A stretch of 63,322 bases of DNA, filler included, from Anaerolineae bacterium (lineage in GTDB: Bacteria; Chloroflexota; Anaerolineae; Epilineales; Epilineaceae): NCBI GenBank assembly GCA_029262755.1. It is 6 parts of 6 records of this genome, joined end to end, with 100 filler letters (N's around TTAATTAATTAA, not from the genome) between each part and the next. Parts side by side here need not be neighbours in the genome. Positions count along the whole stretch, not along the records: positions 8,964 to 29,929 come from JAJCYU010000178.1; positions 30,030 to 45,691 come from JAJCYU010000179.1; 4 more parts are not named here. One strand, given 5' to 3'. Below, in pieces: positions 20,651 to 30,165 of this stretch; the first letter of the stretch is position 1, and the number at the start of each line of letters is the position of its first letter. The notes under the pieces were generated by a model. That model worked only from the letters and a program-made list of their open reading frames with translations. It had not been told where the DNA came from and ran no database searches. The position numbers were made by a program, and so were the translations under genes.

Positions 20651-21406
20651 ATGGGCGAGCTCAACATCAGCAACAGCGCCGGACGCGACGCGGTGGTCAG
20701 CACGGACGCCGACGCGCCGCCGCCGCGCGTGCGGTGGCTGGACGACCTGGGCCGGCAGGCCTTCCCGACGCGCATCCTCAAGTCCGAGATCGGCCACGAC
20801 TACCCCGCGCTGCTCGAAAAGCACGGCGATCCCGAGGCCGTGGCGCAGGCGCTCGTCACGGGCGACCCCGAGCTCGACATCGAGACCTTCGGCTCCTTCC
20901 TGACCGAGACGTCGCGGGTGTACATCGACCAGCACGGCGAGATGGCCCACCGGGTGAAGCACGTGGAGATCATCCGCAACCCGGACGGCACCGAGCGTGA
21001 GCGCCGGCCGCGCGCCCGCGTACGTCAGAACATCGCGGCGCCGGACCCGCTGCTCTGGAGCGGACGCATGATCGACAAGGCCGAGGCCTGCCGTCGTTTC
21101 GTCTTCTCCGCCCGGCTGCAGCTGACCCACGTCAACGGCCTGACCTATGACTTCCTCTACGCGATGGCCAAGGAGCTGGAGGAGAAGGACGCGCTCATGC
21201 TCGTGGGCGCCGGCCCGAAGTCGAACCAGCCGCTCATCGTGCGCAACGGCGGCATCCCCCATCGCGGCTTCCTGGAAGGGCGCACGGACGGCGACCGCTA
21301 CCTGCTCGTGCTGCACCTGTCGATGCAAGAGCTCAAGGCGCCCGAGCCCGGCGACGAGGATGAAAACGGGGACGAGGGCGGGGACGGGGACGCCGACAAT
21401 GGGTAG
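20651..21406 (+). CDS. Hypothetical protein, putative divergent Ku-like protein B with acidic tail
   Basis: RBS GGGGAG; FVFSARLQL..GLTYDFLYAMAKELEEKDALMLV..LIVRNGG..FLEGR..YLLVLHL resembles Ku core; overlaps ligase start by 8 bp. Confidence 0.6.
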   Translation: MGELNISNSAGRDAVVSTDADAPPPRVRWLDDLGRQAFPTRILKSEIGHDYPALLEKHGDPEAVAQALVTGDPELDIETFGSFLTETSRVYIDQHGEMAHRVKHVEIIRNPDGTERERRPRARVRQNIAAPDPLLWSGRMIDKAEACRRFVFSARLQLTHVNGLTYDFLYAMAKELEEKDALMLVGAGPKSNQPLIVRNGGIPHRGFLEGRTDGDRYLLVLHLSMQELKAPEPGDEDENGDEGGDGDADNG

Positions 21407-23060
21407 CGCGAACCTCGTCGATCCGGGCCGCATCAAGGTCCGCATGGGCGCCTACGGTACCGCACAGTCCACGGCGCTGGTGGAGACGGTGCTCTTCAGC
21501 CGCGTGCAGGACTACCGGCGCCAGCTGAGCGCCCGGATGATCCCGCTGGACCCGGCCGACATCCGGCGCAAGATCGCGACCAGCGAGTACCACGTCAGCC
21601 GCAAGCTCGACGGCGAGTTCACGGTGCTGCTCTACAACCACGGTGAGGCGGTTTCGGTGAACTCCGGCGGCACGGTGCGCATCGGCCTGCCGTGGATCGA
21701 GGAGGCGGCGAAGCGTCTGGACGAGGCAGGCCTGCTGGAGGCGATGCTCGTCGGCGAGCTGCACATCGAGCGCGACGACGGGATGCGGGCGCGCATCCAT
21801 GACGTGATCTCCGCCGTTCGCACCCCGGGCAGCCAGGACGATCTGGACCGCGCGCACTTTGCGGTCTTCGACCTGATGTCGGTCAACGGCGAGCGTTGGA
21901 CGCAGCCTCTGCGCGAAACGCGCGCACGGATCGAGGAGCTCGTCGGTGGCGGCGAGCGCATCGCGCCGGTCGAGGGCCAGTGGGTGCAGGACGCGCGCGG
22001 CATCGAGGAACTGTACAAGACCTGGGTGAACGGCGAGGAGTGCGAGGGCATCGTCGTACGCGGCGACAGGGGCGGCCTGTACAAGATCAAGCCGCAGCAC
22101 ACGCTGGACGTCGTGGTCGTCGGCTTTAGCGAGGGCCAGGGTGACCGCGAGGGCATGCTGCACGACCTGCTCGTCGGCGTCCTGCGCGAGGACGGTTCGA
22201 CCCACCTGCTGACCCGCGTGGGCGGCGGCTTCACCGACGAGCAGCGCCGCGACTTTCTGCTGCAGCTCAAGGAGCTGGTCGTCGAAAGCGACTACGCGGC
22301 CGTCAACACCGCCCACGTCGCCTACCAGATGGTACGGCCGTCCTGGGTCATCGAGATCACGGGCCTGAGCATCCTGGCCAAGACCACCCGCGGCGGCCCC
22401 ATCAACCGCATGGTCCTGGACTGGGACGCGCCCGCCGACACCTACCGCGTGATCCGCCGCCTCCCGCTGGCCAGCGTGATCTCGCCGCGCTTCGTCCGCC
22501 GGCGCGAGGACAAGCAGGCCCACCCGGACGATGCCTCGATCCGCCAGATCGCCGACGTCGTCGAGGTCCCGCTCTCCGACCAGGAGGCGGGCGGGCTGCG
22601 CCCCCAAAGCAGCACGATCCTGCGCCGCGAGGTCTACACCAAGGAGCTCAAGGGCGCGCTCATGGTGCGCAAGCTCGTGATGTGGAAGACGAACAAGGAA
22701 AGCGAGGAGGAGTTCCCCGGCTACGTGGTCCATTACACGGATTACAGCCCCAACCGCAAGACCCCCCTCAACCGCGACATCCGCGTCTCGAGCTCACGCG
22801 AACAGATCGACGACCTGTGGGACGAACTCCTCGACAAGGCCGTCAAGGGCGGCTGGGTCCGCCACGCGGGCAGTGGTGGTGGCGGGGTCGCGAGCGAGAG
22901 CGAAGGCAAAACGAAGACGGACGGTGCGGCGAAGAAGCCCGCCGCCAAACCGAAGGCGAAGTCCAAGACCAAGTCCGGCGAGAAGCCCAGCGCGACGTCC
23001 GATTCCAAGCCCAAGCCCCCCACAAAGCGCAAGCCCAAAGCACCCAAGGCCGACGGATGA
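21399..23060 (+). CDS. ATP-dependent DNA ligase with extra C-terminal (WGR-like) domain and Lys-rich tail
   Basis: Motif I RKLDGE, III LVGELH, IIIa FAVFDLM, IV EGIVVR, V YKIKP..LDVVVVG, OB fold RVGGGF..VRPSWVIEI, VI PRFVRRREDK. Confidence 0.9.
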   Translation: MGSANLVDPGRIKVRMGAYGTAQSTALVETVLFSRVQDYRRQLSARMIPLDPADIRRKIATSEYHVSRKLDGEFTVLLYNHGEAVSVNSGGTVRIGLPWIEEAAKRLDEAGLLEAMLVGELHIERDDGMRARIHDVISAVRTPGSQDDLDRAHFAVFDLMSVNGERWTQPLRETRARIEELVGGGERIAPVEGQWVQDARGIEELYKTWVNGEECEGIVVRGDRGGLYKIKPQHTLDVVVVGFSEGQGDREGMLHDLLVGVLREDGSTHLLTRVGGGFTDEQRRDFLLQLKELVVESDYAAVNTAHVAYQMVRPSWVIEITGLSILAKTTRGGPINRMVLDWDAPADTYRVIRRLPLASVISPRFVRRREDKQAHPDDASIRQIADVVEVPLSDQEAGGLRPQSSTILRREVYTKELKGALMVRKLVMWKTNKESEEEFPGYVVHYTDYSPNRKTPLNRDIRVSSSREQIDDLWDELLDKAVKGGWVRHAGSGGGGVASESEGKTKTDGAAKKPAAKPKAKSKTKSGEKPSATSDSKPKPPTKRKPKAPKADG

Positions 23061-24151
23061 GCGATCATCTCTCAATCATCGCGGACCAGTGGCGCGAGCG
23101 GGCCGGCGAGCTCGGGCATTGGGCGATGCGCGCCTTGGTCAACCGGACGGATGTCTGGGGGCGCTACCTCAACTTCAAGCAGCGCAAGGTCGACGCGGAC
23201 GGCGTAGTGCACAACGCGATCACGGCGCCCTTCAAGCAGGAGCGCGGCAAGATCTTCTTGCAGGAAAGCTCGCTCGTGAAGCACTTTCAGGCCAAGAAGG
23301 AAGGCGAAGCGCTCGGCCTACACAGCATGAGCGCTCACCGCAGCTCGCGCTGGATGGCGATCGACATCGACCTGCACGACTCGCTGGACGATTCCGTCAC
23401 GCCGGAGGGCAATTTTGCCGCGGCGCTCCACTGGTGGAACGCGCTGCGCGAGATGGGCCTCGACCCCCTGCTCATGGACTCCAACGGCCGCGGCGGCTTC
23501 CACCTGCTTGTCCTCTTCGCCGAGCCCATGACCACCGAGAGCGTCTACTACTTCCTCAAACGCTTCGTGGCCGACTACGAGATGCGCGGCTTGGACCAGA
23601 TGCCCGAGACCTTCCCGAAGCAGCTACGCGCCAAGGCCTACGGCAGCTGGCTGCGGCTTCCCGGCCGCCACCACAGCCGCGCCCATTACACCCGCGTCTG
23701 GAACGACGACCCGGCCGAGGACGAGCCCTGGCTCGAGGGACACGGCGCCATCGACCGCATCCTCGAGATCGGTCAGGCGCAGCCCGAGGTGCTCGTGGCC
23801 ATCGGCCTGGAGCCGGCCATCGAGACGATCTGCCTCGACTTCGACGGCGTGCTCCACTCCTACGTCTCCGGCTGGCAGGGCGAGGCGAACATCCCCGACC
23901 CGCCCATCCACGGCTCCGACAAGGCCGTTGCCCGCCTGCGCAAGCGCTACCGCATCGTCGTCCACTCGGCCCGCTGCTTCAACAAGGAGGGACGCGATGC
24001 CGTCCGCGCCTGGCTCAAGCAGCACGGCATCGAGGTCGACGATGTCTGCGAGCACAAGCCCCCGGCCAAGGTCTACGTCGACGACCGCGGCGTGCGCTTC
24101 GACGGCGATTGGCAAGAGACCATGGTGGCGATCGACGCGTTTCGGCGGTAG
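23057..24151 (+). CDS. Archaeo-eukaryotic primase (AEP/PrimPol) domain fused to HAD-superfamily phosphatase
   Basis: AEP motif I WMAIDID, motif II SNGRGGFHLLV, ETFPKQ..WLRLPG; HAD ICLDFDGVL..VHSAR..KPPAKVYVDDR; ATGA overlap with ligase. Confidence 0.85.
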   Translation: MSDHLSIIADQWRERAGELGHWAMRALVNRTDVWGRYLNFKQRKVDADGVVHNAITAPFKQERGKIFLQESSLVKHFQAKKEGEALGLHSMSAHRSSRWMAIDIDLHDSLDDSVTPEGNFAAALHWWNALREMGLDPLLMDSNGRGGFHLLVLFAEPMTTESVYYFLKRFVADYEMRGLDQMPETFPKQLRAKAYGSWLRLPGRHHSRAHYTRVWNDDPAEDEPWLEGHGAIDRILEIGQAQPEVLVAIGLEPAIETICLDFDGVLHSYVSGWQGEANIPDPPIHGSDKAVARLRKRYRIVVHSARCFNKEGRDAVRAWLKQHGIEVDDVCEHKPPAKVYVDDRGVRFDGDWQETMVAIDAFRR

Positions 24152-24211
24152 CGTAGCCCCGCACGCGGGCTCGCAGACCGCGACGCGAACCATGGTTTTG
24201 GAGTCAGTGTC

Positions 24212-24559
24212 GTGCGCTACCCCGTAACCCCCGACGGCCGCTACTTCGTCGTACGCGGACGCCTCTGGCGCCGAAGCGACCCCTCGATTCCCGAGGACGA
24301 GCGCCGCAAGCTCGTGGGCGAGCTCATGCGCCACCGATCCGCGGTGGGCCACGCGAAACGCGCCGGCGACGCAGCGGCGGAGAAGGAGGCCCGCCGCGGG
24401 GTGCACGCGGCCAAGGTCGCCCTCGGCGAACGCGGCCCCGTTTGGTGGCAAGACGGCGCGCCGGATTTCAACCGCTACCTGGTCAAGAACTCTCCCTACC
24501 AGGCGTGGTTCGACGACCTGGACGTGAAGGGGCCAACGGGTGCAGCACCGGGTCGATAG
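24212..24559 (+). CDS. Small conserved hypothetical protein
   Basis: TPDGRYFVVRGRLWRRSDP..AKVALGERGPVWW recalls a widespread uncharacterised family; GTG start with GGAG. Confidence 0.75.
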   Translation: MRYPVTPDGRYFVVRGRLWRRSDPSIPEDERRKLVGELMRHRSAVGHAKRAGDAAAEKEARRGVHAAKVALGERGPVWWQDGAPDFNRYLVKNSPYQAWFDDLDVKGPTGAAPGR

Positions 24560-24611
24560 CCCCTCCGTTGGGGCTCAGCTTGCCGGCAATCCGGCGCAGG
24601 TCGGACCCACA

Positions 24612-25730
24612 TTATCCATCGGGCGGGCTCTCGCTCGCACCGTACTCAAGGGCGGCCGGCAACGAAAAATGCCGAAACAGCGAGCCGTCGAGGAAGGCGA
24701 CCATCGCGGCGATGCGACCGTCGACGATCTCGATCAGATGGAGCGAGTAGGGCAGGAACGGCCCCGCGGGCTCGGACCGGTGGTAGAGCGCGCACGCAGG
24801 CAGACCGTTGGCGCGCGTGGGCAGCATGCGGAACGTGCCTGCCATGGCCGGCATCAGCACCATCGCGGCCAGGGATGCGCGGATCTGCTGCGCTCCGAGC
24901 AACCACTCTGGCAGCGGCGGCATTGCGAGGGTCGCATCGTCGTGCAGCAAGGCCACGAGCGCGTCCACATCGGCCGTTTCCCACGCCGCCATGTAGCGCG
25001 CGAGGAGCGCGGCGGTGACGTCGTCATCGGCCGAGGGCGCGCTGTCAGCCAAGGAGCCTGCTCGGCGCTGAACCGTCTCGCGCGCCCGCTGCAGCGCGCT
25101 GTTGACCGCGGCGACGGACAGCTCGAGCAAGTCTGCGCATTCGGCGGCGCGATAGCCGACTACGTCGCGTAGCAGCAAGATGGCGCGCTGCTTGGGCGGC
25201 AGCAGCTGAAGGGCGACCAGAAACGCGAGCGCCACGCTCTCCCGCTGCGAGTATTGGGCTTCCGGCGTAGCGGCCGCGATCTCGGCGGCCTCGTCCGGCC
25301 AGGGCTCGATCCAGATGGGATCCAAGCGTGGCGGCTCGCGCATCTCGGCCGCGGGCGTCGCCGGTCCGAGATCCATCGGCAGCACGCGCCGCCGCCGCTT
25401 CTCGAGCGCGTCGATCCCCACGTTCGTGGTGATCTTGAACAACCACGTTCGCAGGCTCGAGCGGCCTTCAAAGGAAGGCAGCCCGCGCCACGCCTTGAGC
25501 ATGCTCTCCTGAAGCAAGTCCTCGGCCTCGTGGAGCGAGCCGGAGAGCCGGTAGCAATGTGCGCTCAGCTCCCGCCGATAGGGCTCCATGAGCGATGCGA
25601 AAGCGTGCTCATCGCCCTCACTCGCCGCCTGGAGCGCAGACGTCTCCTCGAAGCGCAACCGGTCTTGGTCGTGCCGAGCTTCCGTCGAGCGCTTCCAGGC
25701 GGGCAAGCGTGGATCGTTAGGCGTCGTCAA
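24612..25730 (-). CDS. ECF sigma factor with C-terminal SnoaL-like domain (SigG-like)
   Basis: HCYRLSGSLHEAEDLLQE, FEGRSSLRTWLFKITTN, LPPKQRAILLLRDV, RYMAAWETADVDALVALL..MPP. Confidence 0.9.
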   Translation of the reverse strand: MTTPNDPRLPAWKRSTEARHDQDRLRFEETSALQAASEGDEHAFASLMEPYRRELSAHCYRLSGSLHEAEDLLQESMLKAWRGLPSFEGRSSLRTWLFKITTNVGIDALEKRRRRVLPMDLGPATPAAEMREPPRLDPIWIEPWPDEAAEIAAATPEAQYSQRESVALAFLVALQLLPPKQRAILLLRDVVGYRAAECADLLELSVAAVNSALQRARETVQRRAGSLADSAPSADDDVTAALLARYMAAWETADVDALVALLHDDATLAMPPLPEWLLGAQQIRASLAAMVLMPAMAGTFRMLPTRANGLPACALYHRSEPAGPFLPYSLHLIEIVDGRIAAMVAFLDGSLFRHFSLPAALEYGASESPPDG

Positions 25731-25749
25731 CGGCGTGGCGTTCGGGCGT

Positions 25750-26439
25750 TTACCATTCGGACCACTCCCCTGCCGCGGGCTCCCAGATGCCGGACGTCGG
25801 CGCTGCGGTGAAGGCCTCGCGCATGACGGAATTGTGCTTCGCGTCGCCGTAGTGCTCGTTCATGCCATCGCGGTCATGCCAGACGTCGAGCCCCAGCAGC
25901 TCGAGCGGAGCGTCGCTGCCCGGCGGGTTCATCTTGACGAACATCTGGTGCGAGATCAACCCGCGTCGGCGTGCATCGCGCTGCGCGTTGATATCTGCCG
26001 CGCGGAACTTCGCGATCGCCTCGTCGGGCGACCCGATCTCTCCCCGGACCATCGCAAGATAGCGATCGGGACGGCTGCGCGGCACGGGCAGGTGGTAGGA
26101 ATACGACCCCTCCGCGTTCATCCAGATGTTGGCCTCCCGCGCGCTGAACAGCTTCGTGCCCTGCTGCACCACTTGTTCGTTGGCGAAGAAGTCCATGATG
26201 CCCTGCGGGTCGGCCCACACGTCGAGGAACATGAGCTTGCCTGCCCCGCCCCCCGTGCTCGGGCCGGCCGACATGGGCGCATAGACCATGTGGCTGAGAT
26301 CGCCGAGCGACCGCGCCGCGGCGATCCCCTGCGGCGAACCAGCGGTCTGGTTGTGCAGGACGCGCATCTCTTCCAGCGTGCTGGGCAGCATATCGCCCTG
26401 AACGGTGAGTAGGACGGGCCATTGAATCGATGTGCTCAC
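25750..26439 (-). CDS. Hypothetical protein with internal duplication (dimeric alpha-beta barrel-like)
   Basis: RBS AAGGAG; two similar halves (SH..LMFLDVWADPQG / SH..LLGLDVWHDRDG); 19 bp upstream of the sigma gene. Confidence 0.75.
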   Translation of the reverse strand: MSTSIQWPVLLTVQGDMLPSTLEEMRVLHNQTAGSPQGIAAARSLGDLSHMVYAPMSAGPSTGGGAGKLMFLDVWADPQGIMDFFANEQVVQQGTKLFSAREANIWMNAEGSYSYHLPVPRSRPDRYLAMVRGEIGSPDEAIAKFRAADINAQRDARRRGLISHQMFVKMNPPGSDAPLELLGLDVWHDRDGMNEHYGDAKHNSVMREAFTAAPTSGIWEPAAGEWSEW

Positions 26440-26820
26440 GGAATCTCCTTGGGGGACGCGCGGTTCGCGCCTTCTCTCTGCTCTTCACGCGGTATAGACG
26501 GGCACGCGCGCGAAACTCATCGGTCGGGCGAAAACTCGTCGGGTTTTGGGTCCCCGATCTCCTCCCCGGACGATCTCGTTGGCCGCTCTGCCCCTCCCGC
26601 TCTTCCCTTCACTCTGCTACTCTTCCGCCCGCTCCGTTCGCGCAGCTCCGACGCGAACCCACATGTACGAGGTGAACAAAGGACGATGCTCTAGACCTCT
26701 CCTGCCGGCCCGATCGGCCGCTCCACGGCCGCTGATCGACTCCGCCGCTTCCGTTCGGCCACGACCCGCGCTGCTGGATCGCGCATAGGCTTCGTGGCCA
26801 CCGGCCCAGGAGAGACGCGC

Positions 26821-28446
<1,626 letters not shown>

Positions 28447-28490
28447 ACAGCATCAGTCGCAGGATCCAACCGCACCCCAGGAGCCTTGCC

Positions 28491-28673
28491 GTGATGATCA
28501 GGACCGTAGACCAGCCCGACTTGGAGCCCCTCTGCCCACATTGCTCCGAGAGCCTCGAGACCGTTTGGACGCGCGTGCTCCAGAGCACGCTCGGCAAGCG
28601 ATACGTCTACTTCTGCTCGAAGTGCCGCAAGGTCCTCGGCGTGTCCCACCGCAAGGGTTTTTGGATGGGCTGA
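28491..28673 (+). CDS. Small zinc-ribbon protein
   Basis: CPHC..CSKC; RBS AGGAG; start GTG 28491 or ATG 28494. Confidence 0.75.
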   Translation: MMIRTVDQPDLEPLCPHCSESLETVWTRVLQSTLGKRYVYFCSKCRKVLGVSHRKGFWMG

Positions 28674-28716
28674 GGGCGGCCCGTACCCGCGACTCGACCT
28701 CAACATCGGGCTGCGG

Positions 28717-28790
28717 GGTCCCTCTCGAAATCCCAATATAAGCTCCTGGTTATATAACCCGGGAGTAATATAGACTTTTCGAGAGGGACC
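28717..28790. repeat. 74-bp imperfect palindrome with perfect 14-bp terminal inverted repeats
   Basis: GGTCCCTCTCGAAA (28717-28730) / TTTCGAGAGGGACC (28777-28790); central GGTTAT|ATAACC on the same axis. Confidence 0.9.
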
Positions 28791-28973
28791 ACAGCGAGCG
28801 CCGAGATCGGCGCCACCGCTCACCGCTCACGCCGCCGAGAAATCCCGATGCGCTGCGGTGATCTCCATGCACGAACCGGTCCGTGCTCTCATCTCTCACG
28901 CTGTGTTCAGTGATAGCGCCTATAGATACGGTGCCTCGGAGCCCACCACCCCCAACCGATCGGATCCTTGCGC

Positions 28974-29861
28974 ATGAACCAACTCCCGCCCGTTCGCCAT
29001 TCAGTTCCCCACGTCCATCTGTGGTCGCGACGCCTGCTCCTGCTCGTCGCGCTTGCCGCACCCGGCATCGCGAGTTGCGCGAAACAAGGACCGTCGGAGC
29101 TCCTCGCAGCAGCGACGCAGACACCTCGCGCCGCGCAGGCGCCACCCGCTGCCTCGCACATCCGCGCGCAGGCGACGGCCATCCCCGCGCGACCGGTGCT
29201 CTCCCCAGCGCAGCGGGCGACCGCGCGGGCGACCTACGTGGCGGAGGTCGACGCACACACGCCCCTGCCGACGTGGGAACCGAAGCCGACCTCGACGCGC
29301 TACACCAGCGATGACGTGATGAATGACATCGTCAGCTGCTGCAACTGGGCGGACTTGGCTTGGGACCCCGACGTGATCGTCAGCGCCACGTTTGGCGCGG
29401 AGCTACCGCGAACCGTCAGGACCCGCGCGCACGAATTCCCGGAAAGCCCGGTCGCTCTGCCCACCTCCTTCTGGTACACGCGACACATGGAGGTCACGGT
29501 CACCGAGGTCTTCAAGGGCGGCCCGCAGGTCCAGGTCGGGGATACGCTCGTCGTATCCGACTCACACCCCGACAACGAAATGCATGCGATCGTCGAATAC
29601 GGCGGTTGGCGCCACGATCACCCGGAGCCAGGCAACCGGTACCTCTTCTTCCTCATCGAAGACCCCGAAGATACTGCACACGGGCCGGGGCATTACTACG
29701 GTTATCCCGTGCAACGGCTCCTGGTGACCGCCGATGGCTTATGGATCGCCACCCCGGAACGGAACCGGATGATTTCTGTGATGGATACGCCAGGACCCGT
29801 ATTCCTCGATCAACTGCGCAACGAGATCGTTCGGGTGCAGGAGCTGGTGGGCGACGGCTAG
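28974..29861 (+). CDS. Hypothetical lipoprotein
   Basis: RRLLLLVALAAPGIASC lipobox; VTVTEVFKG..GNRYLFFL OB-like region. Confidence 0.7.
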   Translation: MNQLPPVRHSVPHVHLWSRRLLLLVALAAPGIASCAKQGPSELLAAATQTPRAAQAPPAASHIRAQATAIPARPVLSPAQRATARATYVAEVDAHTPLPTWEPKPTSTRYTSDDVMNDIVSCCNWADLAWDPDVIVSATFGAELPRTVRTRAHEFPESPVALPTSFWYTRHMEVTVTEVFKGGPQVQVGDTLVVSDSHPDNEMHAIVEYGGWRHDHPEPGNRYLFFLIEDPEDTAHGPGHYYGYPVQRLLVTADGLWIATPERNRMISVMDTPGPVFLDQLRNEIVRVQELVGDG

Positions 29862-29929
29862 TTTGTCGCCTCGAACGCGCTAGGGGCCTGCGCCTCGAGG
29901 ACCATATCAGTTGCGCCGCCGGCGATCCG

Positions 29930-30029
29930 NNNNNNNNNNNNNNNNNNNNNNNNNNNNNNNNNNNNNNNNNNNNTTAATTAATTAANNNNNNNNNNNNNNN
30001 NNNNNNNNNNNNNNNNNNNNNNNNNNNNN
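29930..30029. other. Artificial contig spacer
   Basis: N run with TTAATTAATTAA. Confidence 0.99.
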
Positions 30030-30165
30030 TCGTCTTGCCCGCACCGTTGGGGCCGATCAGCCCAAAGACACTTCCTCGCGGAATCTCGAGAGACAGTTTC
30101 TGCACCGCGATTTTGGACCCGAAGCGGCGGGTGAGGCCGCGGGTCTCGATGGCTAGTGCGCTCAC
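30030..30165 (-). CDS. ABC transporter ATP-binding protein, N-terminal fragment
   Basis: [23 protein letters not shown]alker A; truncated by gap. Confidence 0.88.

Noticed and set aside
21399..24151. Canonical ligD, or a prophage replication module
   Set aside because: No LigD PE domain or LigD-Pol signature; no helicase, integrase or phage structural genes; codon usage looks host-like.
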